From NCBI RefSeq assembly GCF_009914755.1, contig NC_060934.1: a stretch of 64,000 nucleotides of DNA; one strand, 5' to 3'. Positions 38,128 to 51,999 of this stretch are shown here, one piece after another; positions within the stretch are counted from its first letter, which is position 1; each line of letters begins with the position of its first letter. The position numbers were made by a program, and so were the translations under genes. The notes beneath the pieces were generated by a model that worked only from the letters and a program-made list of their open reading frames with translations, was not told the DNA's origin and ran no database searches. The stretch is from the human T2T-CHM13v2.0 reference genome, Homo sapiens.

Positions 38128-41100
38128 AAGCTCTATTATCTTAAAGTGAGTGTCGGACTGGAGCAAAACAAAGGACGGTATTGCCTCCATTCTCCATGGG
38201 ACCACAGAATCACTAAGTGCTGTCCACTACATAGTACTAACATAGTACTGGGGTACTATAACATAGTACTGGGGTGTTCTGGGATGAGGAATAAGAGGAG
38301 ACAACAGCTGAAGCCCAGAGCTAATGCCTGTCTGAAGGCAGCAAGAATGTCTTCCAGCTGTGGCATCTTTGCTGAGATGACTGAAACCTGCCAAAAGATA
38401 TCCAAATGGCAGGCACGGACAGCCTTACATTGTTCCCAAGGAACACCAAATTTCCACAGAAACACCCTGGAGCCAAGCTGACAAAGATGGGTCAGACAAC
38501 TAGAGAACTGAATGAGAAACAAAAAAAAAGGAAGCCTGTGTCATTTCAGGGTGATAGAAGAAAGGGGTTCTAGGCGCTGCAGGTGACCTCTTCCCAAAGT
38601 ATTTACCGGGTGGAGGGTTCAAAATCAGCCTGCCCTTTGTTCACATAAAGGTACCACACTGCTTATAGCACAGAGTGGTAATGGGCCGTGAACCCCAGGT
38701 CACCAGACTGCACCTCAGAGGGGAAACAGCCCAGCCACATGGGACTTCCTTTGACCTTTTCCATTTCTGTGTAGCAGAAACATGGCTCTGAGCCAGAGCT
38801 GGTTCGCTCAATAATCACACTTGTTTTCAAGGGTCCTGGGACCTAATTCCCCATGGTGTGCTCCCTAAGCTATGTGATAACTGTGTTTGTATCCCTGGGC
38901 CACCGCTTTTACTGGCTTTTGTTGCCTCAAAACATACCCATGGCAAATTCCAGAAATATAAATAACATGAACCATAATTCCAATGACAATGAGATCATGC
39001 CTTCTCCCAGATGCTATAATATATGATAACACTTGTATTACTCGTAATGAGAATATATAATTAAATTATCAGGTAGGGATCCCTTTCTGCCATTCACTTT
39101 ATAGAATAGTAAACTATGAGTTATTTGGAGGTATTCATAAGAGACTTTATAAGAGTTAGGAGCTGGGGTTCAGGCAGTGTGATCAAGAGGCCATCTGTAA
39201 AATGAAAATCTTCTCTGGAGAGAACCAATTTATCGCCTGTTTAAGCTGGAGTTCTCCTGGCCTCACTGGTGTTCACCTAGTGCTTGGAAAATAGGCTTAT
39301 TCTAGCTATAGGAGATTAGGGATAAAAGAGTTTTTAAAAAGAGAAAAATTATTATAATTTAGAGATACAGCACTGTATGTGCTTAATTGAGAGGGCATCT
39401 GGCTACATTGTTGCTGAGAAAAATAGATCCCATGACCTGCCTTTGTTGAAAAGGTGACATCTGGGTTCATTAAAGGTGTGCAATAGATTTTGATAAAAGC
39501 TATTTTTCTAAGTCATTAAATTGGTTTTTAGGAACTTTACACTCTCCTTCATTTGAACAATTATTAAACTATAAAATAGAATTGCACAATTGCTAAAACC
39601 GTAATCTGAAATTTTACAGCCAGCTATAAAATGCCGTATTATTAAACTATACTGAAGATGCTCAAGCCCATTACAACTTTTAAAATGAATTATAAAACCC
39701 TTTACTGCTGATAAAATAATCTTAAATTACAGTATTATGTATTCTAACAATATGTTGAACCAAAGTTTGCTACAATGCAAACATGCCAATCACAAAGAAA
39801 TCATTTTTTGAATTAAGTTTGCAGAAGCTGGCAATATGATAACAGCTGCTTCAGCAAGGCAGCCCAGCACCTGATGTCGGCAGGCTGGGGGGGACAGCTT
39901 GTCCTCCATGGCAGCTGCCTTTTGCCAAGTTCCTGCAACCACAGAACTAAGAGTCAGCTTCCTATGTTAAAGTCTGCACAAGCGACACTTAGTAGGGCCC
40001 CGGAGATTAAGAAAAGTCTTGCAGGAACAGCACTGTTTTCCCTTAACGTCTCCCCATGAGTGAGATTTTGTAAATGCAAAATGCTTAGTTACGGAATAGC
40101 TGCCACTTACATGTATGATACCTAGGATGTAGGGTGCCACACATATGTACCTATCAATCATAAGGCCTGGCCCCCAAGATTAAATTCCTATTTTTTGTAC
40201 CAGTTAGTTATACCCTGCATGTGTCCATTTCCAATCGAGTTGAATACACAATTGAAAATGTAGTTGAGCATGCTGGCTTGTATGGCAGCCTTAACAGGGT
40301 AATACCCAATTTTGAGCTCTGAATTCAAGCACTTTCTTGGCTGAAGGGCTTTGAAAATGCTCTATAAGCAGTTATTATAAAAGGTGTTTTTACAACAGCC
40401 TCTTTTCTCCCAAGGCTGACGTGGGTGGATTCTGGGATGCAGCTTCCCTCTAAGCTCCTCTGCTGGCACTTGGAGCCAAGAAGATGAAGTCCAAGGAGGT
40501 CACTGGTAGCCTGTCCATGCTGGGAGAAGCAGGTTCACCACACAGGGCCTGGAACCACTTGGCAGCCTGGTCCAGAGCTCTGTGATAAAGCTTCCAGGAG
40601 GGCCCAGAAGGATGTAGTCTAGGTGAGGGGCCTTGCAGCTTAACACTTCTGCTAAGGGAAGATCCCCCTCCAACAGCTCATTCCTCCTAGAGTGGGGAAA
40701 TAAACTCAGCCAGAGCAGGAGACCATTACGCAGAGAAAACGCTGGGTATAGCCAAGGTTAGATATAGCCAAGGTTTGGATTTTTTTCTATGTGACAAAAA
40801 TAACAGCGGGTGCTAGAAAACAGTCTGTATCACACAGAGACGATGAAAACGTCACAAAGACCATAAACCAAACACCACAAATAACACGCAGCCCCAAGAC
40901 CATTCTCTTAGATAAAAGGCCCAGGCAATGGTATCCACGTTGCTACCGTCATTTAGATTCTATGCCTGTGCTATGGGCTCAGCGTTGACATGTCTGGTGC
41001 TAGTTTTCTAATCCCATTCAATCCCACCCCTCCTAAAGCTCCTCCGTCCTCAAAGCCATGTGTGAGAAGCCTGACCATGGTTTGGCACAACACTTCCATC

Positions 41101-41194
41101 CACTATGGTCGTTGGGCAAAAGTCTCCTTTGAGATGTTCTCTGCAGGGTAATCATCCAGCGCGCTGGATGCGTAAAAACACCAGAAGGTGATGG

Positions 41195-41413
41195 TGTGAG
41201 GATGAGACACCAGAGGTCTCTCTCTCCTCCATGTGAGGATACAGTAGGAAGGCGGCCATCTGCAACCTGGAAGAGAGCGCTCACTGGGAACCCAATCTGC
41301 CCACACCTTGACCTTGAACTTTCCAGCCTCCAGAGCTATGAGAAATAAATTTCTGTTGCTTAAGCCGCCCAGTCTACAGTATTTTGTTATGACAGCCCAA
41401 ATGGACTAAGACA
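41195..41413 (+). mobile_element. MLT1A-like MaLR LTR, 3' half
   Basis: catgtgaggatacag...ccagcctccagagctatgagaaataaatttctgttgcttaagcc...gactaagaca. Confidence 0.8.
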
Positions 41414-41612
41414 AGTAGTAACCACAGCTTCCTTTCCTTGTCCCTGCCTGCACTACCTAGGAAAGATTTGGTCCAGTGCACCAGTTTACACTTATATCTC
41501 CCTATGCTCCTTGCTACAGAAGGAGGAAGAAACACGAGGATTCTCAAAAGCCCCCATTTTCCTTGTTAGTATAAAGGAAAAGGGGGGTCTCTGAGGCACC
41601 CTTCGCTTCGGG

Positions 41613-41824
41613 CAGTGATTGTCAAGCAGGTGCGCTTCTGCCCCCTGGAGACATTTGGCAGTGCTGAAAGGACATTTTTGGCTGCCATAGTTGAGGAAAG
41701 GTGCTACTGGTATCCGGACGGTAGAGGCCAGGGACGCTGCTAAATACCCTACAATGCACAGGACAGCCCCCCGTAACAATTTTGCAGACCAAAATGTCAA
41801 TAGTGCCAATGTCGAGGAAGCCTG
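41613..41824 (+). mobile_element. MER20, full length
   Basis: cagtgattgtcaa...ggacatttttggctg...ggtagaggccagggacgctgctaaataccctacaatgcacaggacagcccccc...aaaatgtcaatagtgcc. Confidence 0.9.
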
Positions 41825-42229
41825 GCCTGGAAGAACCATTCAACTCACAGCCAAGAGGTTACTGGACAATCCTCACTGAAATCGACAGGGTTGGCACAGG
41901 GGGGTGTGCAGCCCACCCTCAGCAGAGAATACCAGGGGAAGCAAGTGACTTCTCATGAAGAAGCACCTATCTCCAAACTCCATTTCAAAACCCCCACTCT
42001 AACAAGACCTCATCCTTTGTCTTATCCATAACAAGTTCCACTCCACACACTGGAGCTCCACAGGCCACGAAGACCAGAAAGCCTGCTGGGAAAAAGGCCC
42101 CATAAAGCAATGCCTCCTGAGTCCCATAACCCAGCCTGATCCTTAAGGGCACTTCTCTGACACTGAAGGTGGGACGAAGGGGGACAGTGATATCCAATTG
42201 CTGGGCCGAAAGCCCCTTGAAACTTACAA

Positions 42230-42440
42230 CTAATAAAAACTTACATAGTACCATTTTTGAGCTGGGCACCATTCTGAGCATGCTTTACACTCACAAACAC
42301 ATTTAATCCGCAAACACCCCAGGAAGCTCTTCTACTGTCATCTGCACGTTAAAGATGAGGAAATTGAGGCAGAAAAGATAAGTAATTTGCCCAAAGTTTA
42401 ATGGCTACTAAGTGGTGGAGTGCACAGTTTCAACTCCGGC
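42230..42440 (-). mobile_element. MIR SINE
   Basis: agatgaggaaattgaggcagaaaagataagtaatttgcccaaag is the reverse MIR core. Confidence 0.7.
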
Positions 42441-42465
42441 TTCCTTATGAGAAGTTTCACAGTGC

Positions 42466-42601
42466 TACAAATTGGGTGCAGTGTATACTGCCTGGGTGAT
42501 GGGTGCACCAAAAATCTCACAAATCACCATTAAAGTACTTGTGTAACCAAATATGACCTGTTCCCCAGTAACCTATGGAAATAAAACATTTAAAAAATAA
42601 A
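42466..42601 (+). mobile_element. Very short (about 135 bp) 5'-truncated L1PB-like 3' end
   Basis: gggtgcagtgtatactgc...gggtgatgggtgcaccaaaaatctcacaaatcacca...aacctatggaaataaaa. 16-bp TSD AGAAGTTTCAC(A/G)GTGC at 42450-42465 and 42602-42617. Confidence 0.8.
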
Positions 42602-42666
42602 AGAAGTTTCACGGTGCATCTCTAGAATTAAAATTATATTTTAAAACAACCAACTCTGATGAGGCG

Positions 42667-43415
42667 TTGTTGTATAATTAAGAATTTGACTGGCCTTTGT
42701 CCTTGGTTCCTGAGAGATAACCTCTAAATCCTTGGAATTTCTTGAGTGCCTGTTATTCATGAATTCTTTGGATCACACCTGAGTGTCCGAGTAATGGGAT
42801 GACTCAGGATTAGGTCAGGTTACCACAAAGACCAACCATGGGTCACAGGGTTGGGACTTGAGCCACAGTAGGTCAGCCTGACTTCCTGATCCCCATGGTG
42901 TGGGGAGGAGGGCTGAAGACAGCCAGTCACGTGGTCAATGATTCAATCAATAGTGCCTACTTAATAAAACTCTAACAAAACTTTGGAGACTGAGCTCCGG
43001 GAGCTTCCTGGGCAGCAAATACATTAATGCAGCAAGGGGGCGACATGCCCTAATTCCATGGGGAGAAGGCAGAGAAGCTCTCCATTGGAAACCCCCCCAG
43101 ACCTTGCCCTAGGCATCTCTTTGTCTAGCTGGTTCTGATCTGTACCCTGATAATAAAGTTGTAATCTTAGGTCTTGTAGCACTTTCCTGATTTCTGTGAA
43201 TCATTCCAGTGAAATGAACTTGAGGGGGTCATAGGAACCCCTGGATTTGTAACTAGTTGGTCAGAAGTGCAGGTGGCCTGGGAACCCCAAAGTGTGACTG
43301 GCATCTGAAGCAAGGGCCGTCTTGTTGGGGACCACGGCCATAACCTGTGGAGTCTGACACCCTGAGTGGTTAGCTCGGAATTGAGTTGTACTGCGGTCTA
43401 CCAGTTGGTGTCAGA
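42667..43415. mobile_element. MER21C-like LTR
   Basis: taattaagaatttgactggcctttgtccttggttcctg...ggtcagaagtgcaggtggcctgggaacccc...cagttggtgtcaga resembles the MER21 family. Confidence 0.7.
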
Positions 43416-44550
43416 ATAGGCATCATTACTTTTCTTTATGCTCATTTATGAACCAATCTGACACTTCAGTCTGCCAGATGTTCAACAAGAATTTAGGGAC
43501 TGATTTAATCTATAGCGATGAAAAATGTTACCCAGAAACGCAATGTTTAAAGTGCTCTGGTTTCGGTAATACAGTGTAGCCATTTATAATGGGGGCAGGG
43601 AGGAACACTGCTTTGCCCTTGCTCCTCTCCTGATCAAGTATCTGTGTGCCTCGGGTCTCTTGTCTGAAAAATGGGAATGATAACAGTACTGACCTTCTGA
43701 GGTTACTGTGAGGATTACTCAGGGGAGGCACTGCGTATGCATTTGTTTTATTAATGCCTGGCCATAAAAAGCTAGGGTGACCTAAGTTATCAAAGCAAAT
43801 TGTTCTGGGATCTGTCATAGAATGAGATGGTTTATAATGTTTTCCAAAGTGGGGCTTGGGGACTACTGGTGGTATACGACATCATTTTAGGTAGCACGCA
43901 AACTTTTTTATGGTTTTAATTTTAATATTTATATATTGATTTTAATATAGAGAAAGCACATTGAACTCATGCTTTCACATATGTTAGTAACAGCTTCAGA
44001 TGAGTCTCAAAGGCAGTAGTGTGCATATAAATAAGTATAGCTCATAATTGAATTTAAAGACAAAGATGAAGCAAATAATAGGATCAGTGGAGTGCAGATA
44101 TGGCAAAGACTGCAAAGTCCTGGGATTTGAGGCTAAGAGGCAGGACTAGTTCTCAAATACCGTCTTTTCTGCAACCAAGAATGTTTCATGTTAACAACTG
44201 CATCACCTCTTCCTAATGTCAGCATTGGTTAAAGAGATGTGGCGGGGACCGTGGCAGCTAGTTCCACTCTGGTCACCAGGCTGGACCAAGATCTGACCAG
44301 AGTGGCAGCTCCAAGTCACAGCTCCAAGAGGCAGGTAAGTCAGATGAAGCTCCCAGGAGATGTGCGGAGAGATGGAATTTGGATCAGTTCTAATCCCTGA
44401 AGACCTAGTCCTTTTATTGCCTTTGGTTTCCCTTCCTTCTTGGCCTGGTGTCCAAAGAACATTCTCCCTCTTCCCCTCCTCCCTGGGACTTTCCACCAAG
44501 ACCACATCTTAGAACTGGCAGGATATCATTCAGCTCAAACCGCCCCTTGC

Positions 44551-44862
44551 TTTTGTTTTTTTTGTTTTTTTTTTGAGACGGACTTTTGCTCTTGCTGCCC
44601 AGGCTAGAGTGCAAGAGCGTAATGGTGCGATCTTGGCTCACCACAACCTCCGCCTCCCGGATTCAAGCGATTCTCCTGCTTCAGCCTCCTGAGTAGCTGG
44701 GATTACAGGCATGTGCCACCATGCTGGCTAATTTTGTATTTTTAGTAGAGATGGGGTTTCTCCATGTTGGTCAGGCAGGTCTCAAACTCCTGACTTCAGG
44801 TGATCTGCCGCCTTGGCTTCCCAAAGTGCTGGGATTACAGGTGTGAGCCACCACACCCAGCC
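44551..44862 (-). mobile_element. AluSp-like element
   Basis: Sp-diagnostic gtttctccatgttggtcagg and gctcttgctgcccagg; full-length dimer. Confidence 0.92.
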
Positions 44863-46842
44863 TCAAACCCTTCTTATTAATTAAGAAGACACAATACAAT
44901 CTAAAGAGCTCCATCGTTCTTCCTCTGTGGCCCCCCTGCTCCTGAGAGCAGCTCTTCCTTTCTGGCCCCAGCCTCCTGTGTCAAAATCTCTAATGCATCT
45001 CACCAACCATGCCAATAGTGGAGGCCACTTCCCCCAGTCCAAGGGTCAGCCTGTTGTTGTGCCTGGCTCTTTGCATACTTGCACTGTTCTTTATCCCTCA
45101 CAAAAAACCAAGAGCTCAGTGGTGTTTTACAGCAGAGATTCAGGGTAAAAACCAAGCAATAGTCATGGAGCCACAGGAGGCGAGCCAGGATTCTCACTCA
45201 GGTCCAACTAACTCCAAAGCTCAAGCTTTTCCCGGAAAACCAACTCTTAAACTGTTAACCATGGGTGAAAAGGAAAGTGCGGAAGAACTGCTCTCAGGGT
45301 TACTTCACCCTACTTGGAGGGGTGGGGTAAGGACAGGGGGTGAACCCCCTTCCCGGAGCCAGGAGTCTGGTGTGGAAATAAGCACCTCTCTTTCCTCGCT
45401 TCTATCTTCCCAGGCCTCCTCTCCTCCCAGTCTATCATCCTGTGCAAAATCCCAGCACCCTGGACTGGCTCTCAAGCGCCTCTTCTCTGGTGGAAGATTA
45501 ACGGGCCGCCAAAGCATCCCATTGCTCTGCTAGCATAAATTGCAAGAAAAACATTTAGAATATTGATTAAGTGCTCCGTGCTAGAAGATTGAAATTTACC
45601 TCCTGTATTTCCAGGATTAGCTGACATAATGGGGTCAGTCTGCTGGCACAAATGATTTACAGAACACCCATTGGCAGCTTTCCTTTTAAAACTCGACACT
45701 TAAAATTTTCACTTGGTCACAGCCAGTGGAGTCCTGGGTATTTGGTAGGCTTGGATAATTGCCTTCCCACCGCATCTAGACTTTGGGGGTTTGCCCCCAC
45801 AAAGAAGAGTTTTGAAATCATTTCTGGTCTGGTCTGGCCCCATCTGGAACAAATGGACTTTGGATCTGAGGAGATACTGGGGCCGTGGGGAGAGGGTGGA
45901 AGGGACCATCTAAATATAGATTATTTTCAATATTCAAATGCAGAAGATGTAGGAGTTAAACAGATTAGGTCTGCCCTCCATCCCTCCTGCCACTCTGCAA
46001 ACATTAGGCTGCATCCTACAAGTACCTGTTTTCTAAGCTTGACACGACTCTGGGGAGATAAGGAAATGTATTGAGGCTTTGTTGGGAGGCTGGCAAGGTG
46101 TGAACCTAGGCTGAAATCCAGTGAATGTGGCAGGTTCTCTGCTCCAGGCAGATGCCCACCCCAAGGCCTCTGCCCCCACCCCACACAAAGAGGGGCCCAC
46201 GGTGTCTCTACTGTGAACCCCTTAGGGCTAGCATGGTCTGATGGCCAGAGAAGACCAGGCAGCTACTGGTGGAGTGGTTGGGGGCAGGACGGCTGCCCTC
46301 TGCATGGTTGATTTTAACAGGAAGCATGCTTTCGAAGATTATCCACATGGACCCTTCATCTCTTTCATGACTAGGCAAGCTGCTTTGTGGTTTCCTTCTA
46401 GAATGCTGTTTTAAAAGTCCCACCAGGATGAGATCTGTCACACTGGTCCTCCATGTCTCACCCACAGATGTGTTTTATGTGACTCACAAAAGTAATCTCT
46501 AACTTTGAATGTGGCTTGTGCTGTTTACTGGAGCCTGTGCCAACTGCCCACAGCTATCCTCACCTACCCTGCTCGCCCTGGGGCTGAGCGTGTGCCCCAC
46601 GGTCTGTCACGCATTTCCAGGGGCAAGGGGCTGAAGGAAGGCAGAGGCAGTGAAACCTTCTCAGGAGGCCTGAGTCCCAAGGCTATAGCTCCCAATCCTT
46701 GTTACTCTATTTGACCACAGAAATCAGAGGTCGACAAACACCACATTAAGATGTCTTCACTGTAAGACACCAGAGTTAAGCAGTGTACAATGATGCAAAA
46801 TAGAGAATTTTTCTAACGTTCCAAAGATATTTACTTTAAATA

Positions 46843-46846
<4 letters not shown>

Positions 46847-46891
<45 letters not shown>
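46847..46891. repeat. (AC)22 microsatellite
   Basis: Read directly. Confidence 0.95.
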
Positions 46892-46893
<2 letters not shown>

Positions 46894-48602
46894 CCATTTG
46901 GTTTAAATATCCTGAGCTTTTTCCAGCTACCAGACCACTCCAGTGCACGGAAGATGAAGTAATTGATAGGATTATTAATGTTTCTTTGTTTTCCATATGA
47001 CCATTTCATATAAGTAAGTCGAAGGAATAGGCCAACAATAGCACAGCCTGTGCCATGCTTGTCACTAATATGACTGCCAATTAATCCTGAAATGGGAGCT
47101 TGGCGGGTAACCCAAAACCCGGTATTTTATCACCTCAGGGGGTTAGCACTTGGACATTTCTGTAACATTTTACACTAATCAATCAACTTTCCTTTTTTAA
47201 AGCAAAGCCTTTCATAGGAACCATGGATGCGTCCTATATTCACCATATCCATAGCCACCTAGTTCCCCAAACAGAACTGCGTTTGGTTTGTTGATAATTA
47301 CACTTCGGAGCAGACTTTGGAAAATGTTTATTCGTGTTTCTTCCCTTCCAAGGGGGAAATCTATCTCAAATGTTAAGACTGAAACTCAAGTCCCCAAGAG
47401 TTTTCTCATATTATTGTATATTTTAAAATATTACAAGAGGGCGCTTCTCAAGGGAAGTGAACTTTAGAGCTGCCAAAGATAGTTGACTTTCTCTGAATCT
47501 GTTACCAATGGATCCCAAGCTGGTTAAAGTCAGTTCTATTCTGAGTCATGACACATGTGGCTGGGACAAACGCCATTCTAAGATATTTCTAGGACCCCCA
47601 TCCTCCTCCCCGGCAAATGATAATTCATCTGGAGACAGCCATGCAGGCAGAGGAGGGTCAGATGGGGAGAATTAGTCTCCTGGGAGCCCTCCGCCCAGGC
47701 AAGAATCCTAAATCAGCTGGAGGGACCACATTCTTGGGATGAAGGCCCTTCACTCATCACTCTCTCATCCCCCCCATCCTCTAGCCTCAGATGATCCTTT
47801 CAACCATTCTTCATAGAGGTCACCCTAGAAAATCAGCAAGCTGCAAAAATATTACTGGCAAACTGTCAGTCCTTCCCCTATGTTGTCTCCTGGAATTGAG
47901 GCATGAAGAAAGAAACCCAGTCTGAAGTCGGAGCTTTGCCTCTGTACCCCTTATTTGCATCAGTGAACCTCACGAGGAACTAAGACATGCGGCTCTCTCA
48001 AAACCAGCTTCTCCTTTCTTATTCTTTCCTTCTTCCTCACTGTCTATTCTTCATCCAGAGAAAGAATCCCAGCTGTCCAAGGGTCATGGAACAAGGCAAA
48101 AGTGCCTTGGCCTCAAAGTTAGAAATCTTAGTCTGCTAGAGAATTACTGTGTGATTCTGGATATGTCACAAGGCTCTCCCTGGCTCAGTTGCTCCATTTG
48201 TAAAAGGCAAGGATGTCTGCCACACCTGAGTCATGGGGCTGCTGTGAGGAGTGCAGAGGGCAAAGCACACAGAAGGTTTTGAAAAATAAAACTACACACC
48301 TGTTAGTGTAACCTCCCACCAATGTTCCCTAGCACACACCCAACACCCCACCCCCAAGGAAGCATAGCACCACCTTCCATCTGTTGTAAAGGAACCAAGT
48401 GGCTACTGACTTGGGATCAGACACCAAACTGCATGTGACATTCATAAAGCACCATTCTGGAATGTTTACTCTGCTCCATTTAATCCTCTCAACTCCGGCA
48501 GCTAAGCCATATATGTGCTTTGTAGGTGAGGAAGCTGAGGCTTAGAGAAGTTAGCATGCTTGCAGAGGCCACCATACTGGTGAGGACAAGAGCAGGGTCT
48601 GA

Positions 48603-49574
<972 letters not shown>

Positions 49575-50718
49575 TAAAACAGAGAAGGGACTTAATAAAC
49601 AGGCTGAACACTGAACGCTGCCTCTGCAGTCACCCTCTGTGCACTGAGACACGTGCAGAAAAGAAGCTGGTTTTGCTGTAGCCAGAACTTGCCTTTTCTT
49701 TCCAGAAACCACCACTGGCTTCCCGTGATCACCTTATGATAATAGGATCCTGCCCCTCACCTGACCACTTGTCTTTACCGACACCAGAATCTGAATGGGC
49801 CCAAGAAGCTTGGAAGGCTGACCTAGGAGGAAGCAGGGTGCAGAGCACCCGCTGGAGATGGAAAAAAGACCCTGTTCCCTGCCTGGCTCTAGGCCTGCTT
49901 TCAACTCGCTGGAGGACTCTGAACACATCATTTCCCTGCTCTGAAACTCGGCCTCGCTGCAGGATGGAGCAGTTCCACGCCATAGTATTTCCCAGAGCTC
50001 CTCCTGGCTCTGGCTTTCTCTGCACAGTGCTTTGGAGAGAGTAAATGCCCGGGAAATGCTTTAGAAGTATGAAGCACATCTGTTTGACCTTGGGCTGTGC
50101 CATTTCGTTATCAGCCTCTCCTTAGTGTTTTCTGTGTGTGAGTGTCTCTGAAGACTGTGTGTCTGGGATGGAGAACCAGAAGGACAAAGGACAGAGACAT
50201 AAGCTCAGATGAATGGCGTGGAGGACACCCAAGATGAAGAGGGGTCTCGAGATACCAAGCAAATCAAAACAAGTTTCTGAAACTTTCTAGGGAATGAAGT
50301 GGGTTGTGGGTCAAGCTAGTATTTGGTGAAAGAAGGCATCTTGTGAGAATTCTAGTGAGGCTGACCCTTGATGGGGGCTGGGGGCCTCGATGTGCTCCAG
50401 TGATAAGCATGAGGCGACAGCACAGTGCTTGGCACATAGGCCACCAAACATCCCCTTCTCCAGCATAGCGGGAGGCAGAAGCTACCATGTGGTCACCATT
50501 TCCCTCAAAATACAGGAAAAATCACAGAAAGAACGAGGCTCCTGGGTTCCCAGTGCTGACTCTGTGACCCATTAGCTCTGCAGACTTGAGCAAGAGTGAT
50601 CCTTCTCTGAGCCCCCGTGTCCTCAAACGAAAGAAGCTACGATACTATAGTGACAGCATCTCTCCTGCAGGCATCAGGAGGATAACACCCAAAGGGGTAA
50701 AGAATGTGAGGGTACCAC

Positions 50719-51102
<384 letters not shown>

Positions 51103-51817
51103 TCAATAAAAAAGCAGGATAAAGACTCTGCTTTCGACTGAAGACAGGAAATCACCACTTCTATCTTGCTGTGGTTCTGCCCTCGCAGACCTGGATTAAC
51201 CCCAGAGAATGTTCTTGACCGTTCTCACTGGACTGTATCCACATGCGGGGGTTTGCAGGGCAGCTTGTGCCTCCTCACGGCTCCTCCTACTGCCAAAGAG
51301 CACTTGCTTTTGCTTCTGAAGAACCAACCCGTCAAGCAGTCTGCATGGGAATTAACCAGCAACACTGTCTCTGGTTTACCTTTAGAGACAGTTAAATACT
51401 CCATGCCATGTGATGATGACAAACTCAAGAGCTCCTTTCCTTTCATTATGCTGCTGCTTTGCAGAGAACACAGAATCAGCATAATAAATATGTAACCAAG
51501 CCAACTTGACAACCCCACGCACAGAAAACTTCAGAGATGCATCTCCCCAGAACCCTCATTGTATAGGTAAAGAAAGTAGGGCCAGAAACAAGCCACACTC
51601 CCAGTAAACGACAGAGTCAGTTCCATAGTCGGACTTTCTCTGCACTATACGACAGGTCACAATCTTCACTGGTTGTGTTTAAAATGCAGTTTTGAGACTC
51701 AAACCCGAGCAGCATTCGTCATCTCTCTCTGCATACATTTCAGAAAATGGGTCTGCCCGTGTTTCACCCCCCCACCAGGAAGGGAGCCCCAGCAAGGAAT
51801 CTGGACGCAGTTCTCAC

Positions 51818-51999
51818 CTGTAAATTTGCACACGGTGGCAAAACATGAGTGGGAATTTCATTCTCAGACCCTGCTGGCCCCAGGGGCTTGTTCTTAACCC
51901 GGAGGGCAGTGGTGGTAGTGGCAGTGGTGGTCTGTACTGGGAAGGCTGGCTGCCACACGGTCACATCGGAGCCATTGCCAAAGGCTTGAATTGCATTTT
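51818..51999 (-). CDS. GFRA1: GFRA1 internal coding exon (182 nt): (K)NAIQAFGNGSDVTVWQPAFPVQTTTATTTTALRVKNKPLGPAGSENEIPTHVLPPCANLQ, end of domain 3 and Thr-rich stalk
   Basis: Acceptor ttttactgcag|AAAATG and donor TTACAG|gtgaga. Frame is continuous with the flanking exons. Has an NGS sequon and overlaps ORF 51764..51964. Confidence 0.97.

Noticed and set aside
38228-38275. Short repeated TAACATAGTACTGGGGT motif
   Set aside because: Small local slippage duplication with no other supporting structure.
51764-51817. Read-through past the donor giving VRTASRFLAGAPFLVGG*
   Set aside because: Only 17 codons, and I found no nearby minus-strand AATAAA to terminate such a transcript in the 24-kb intron.
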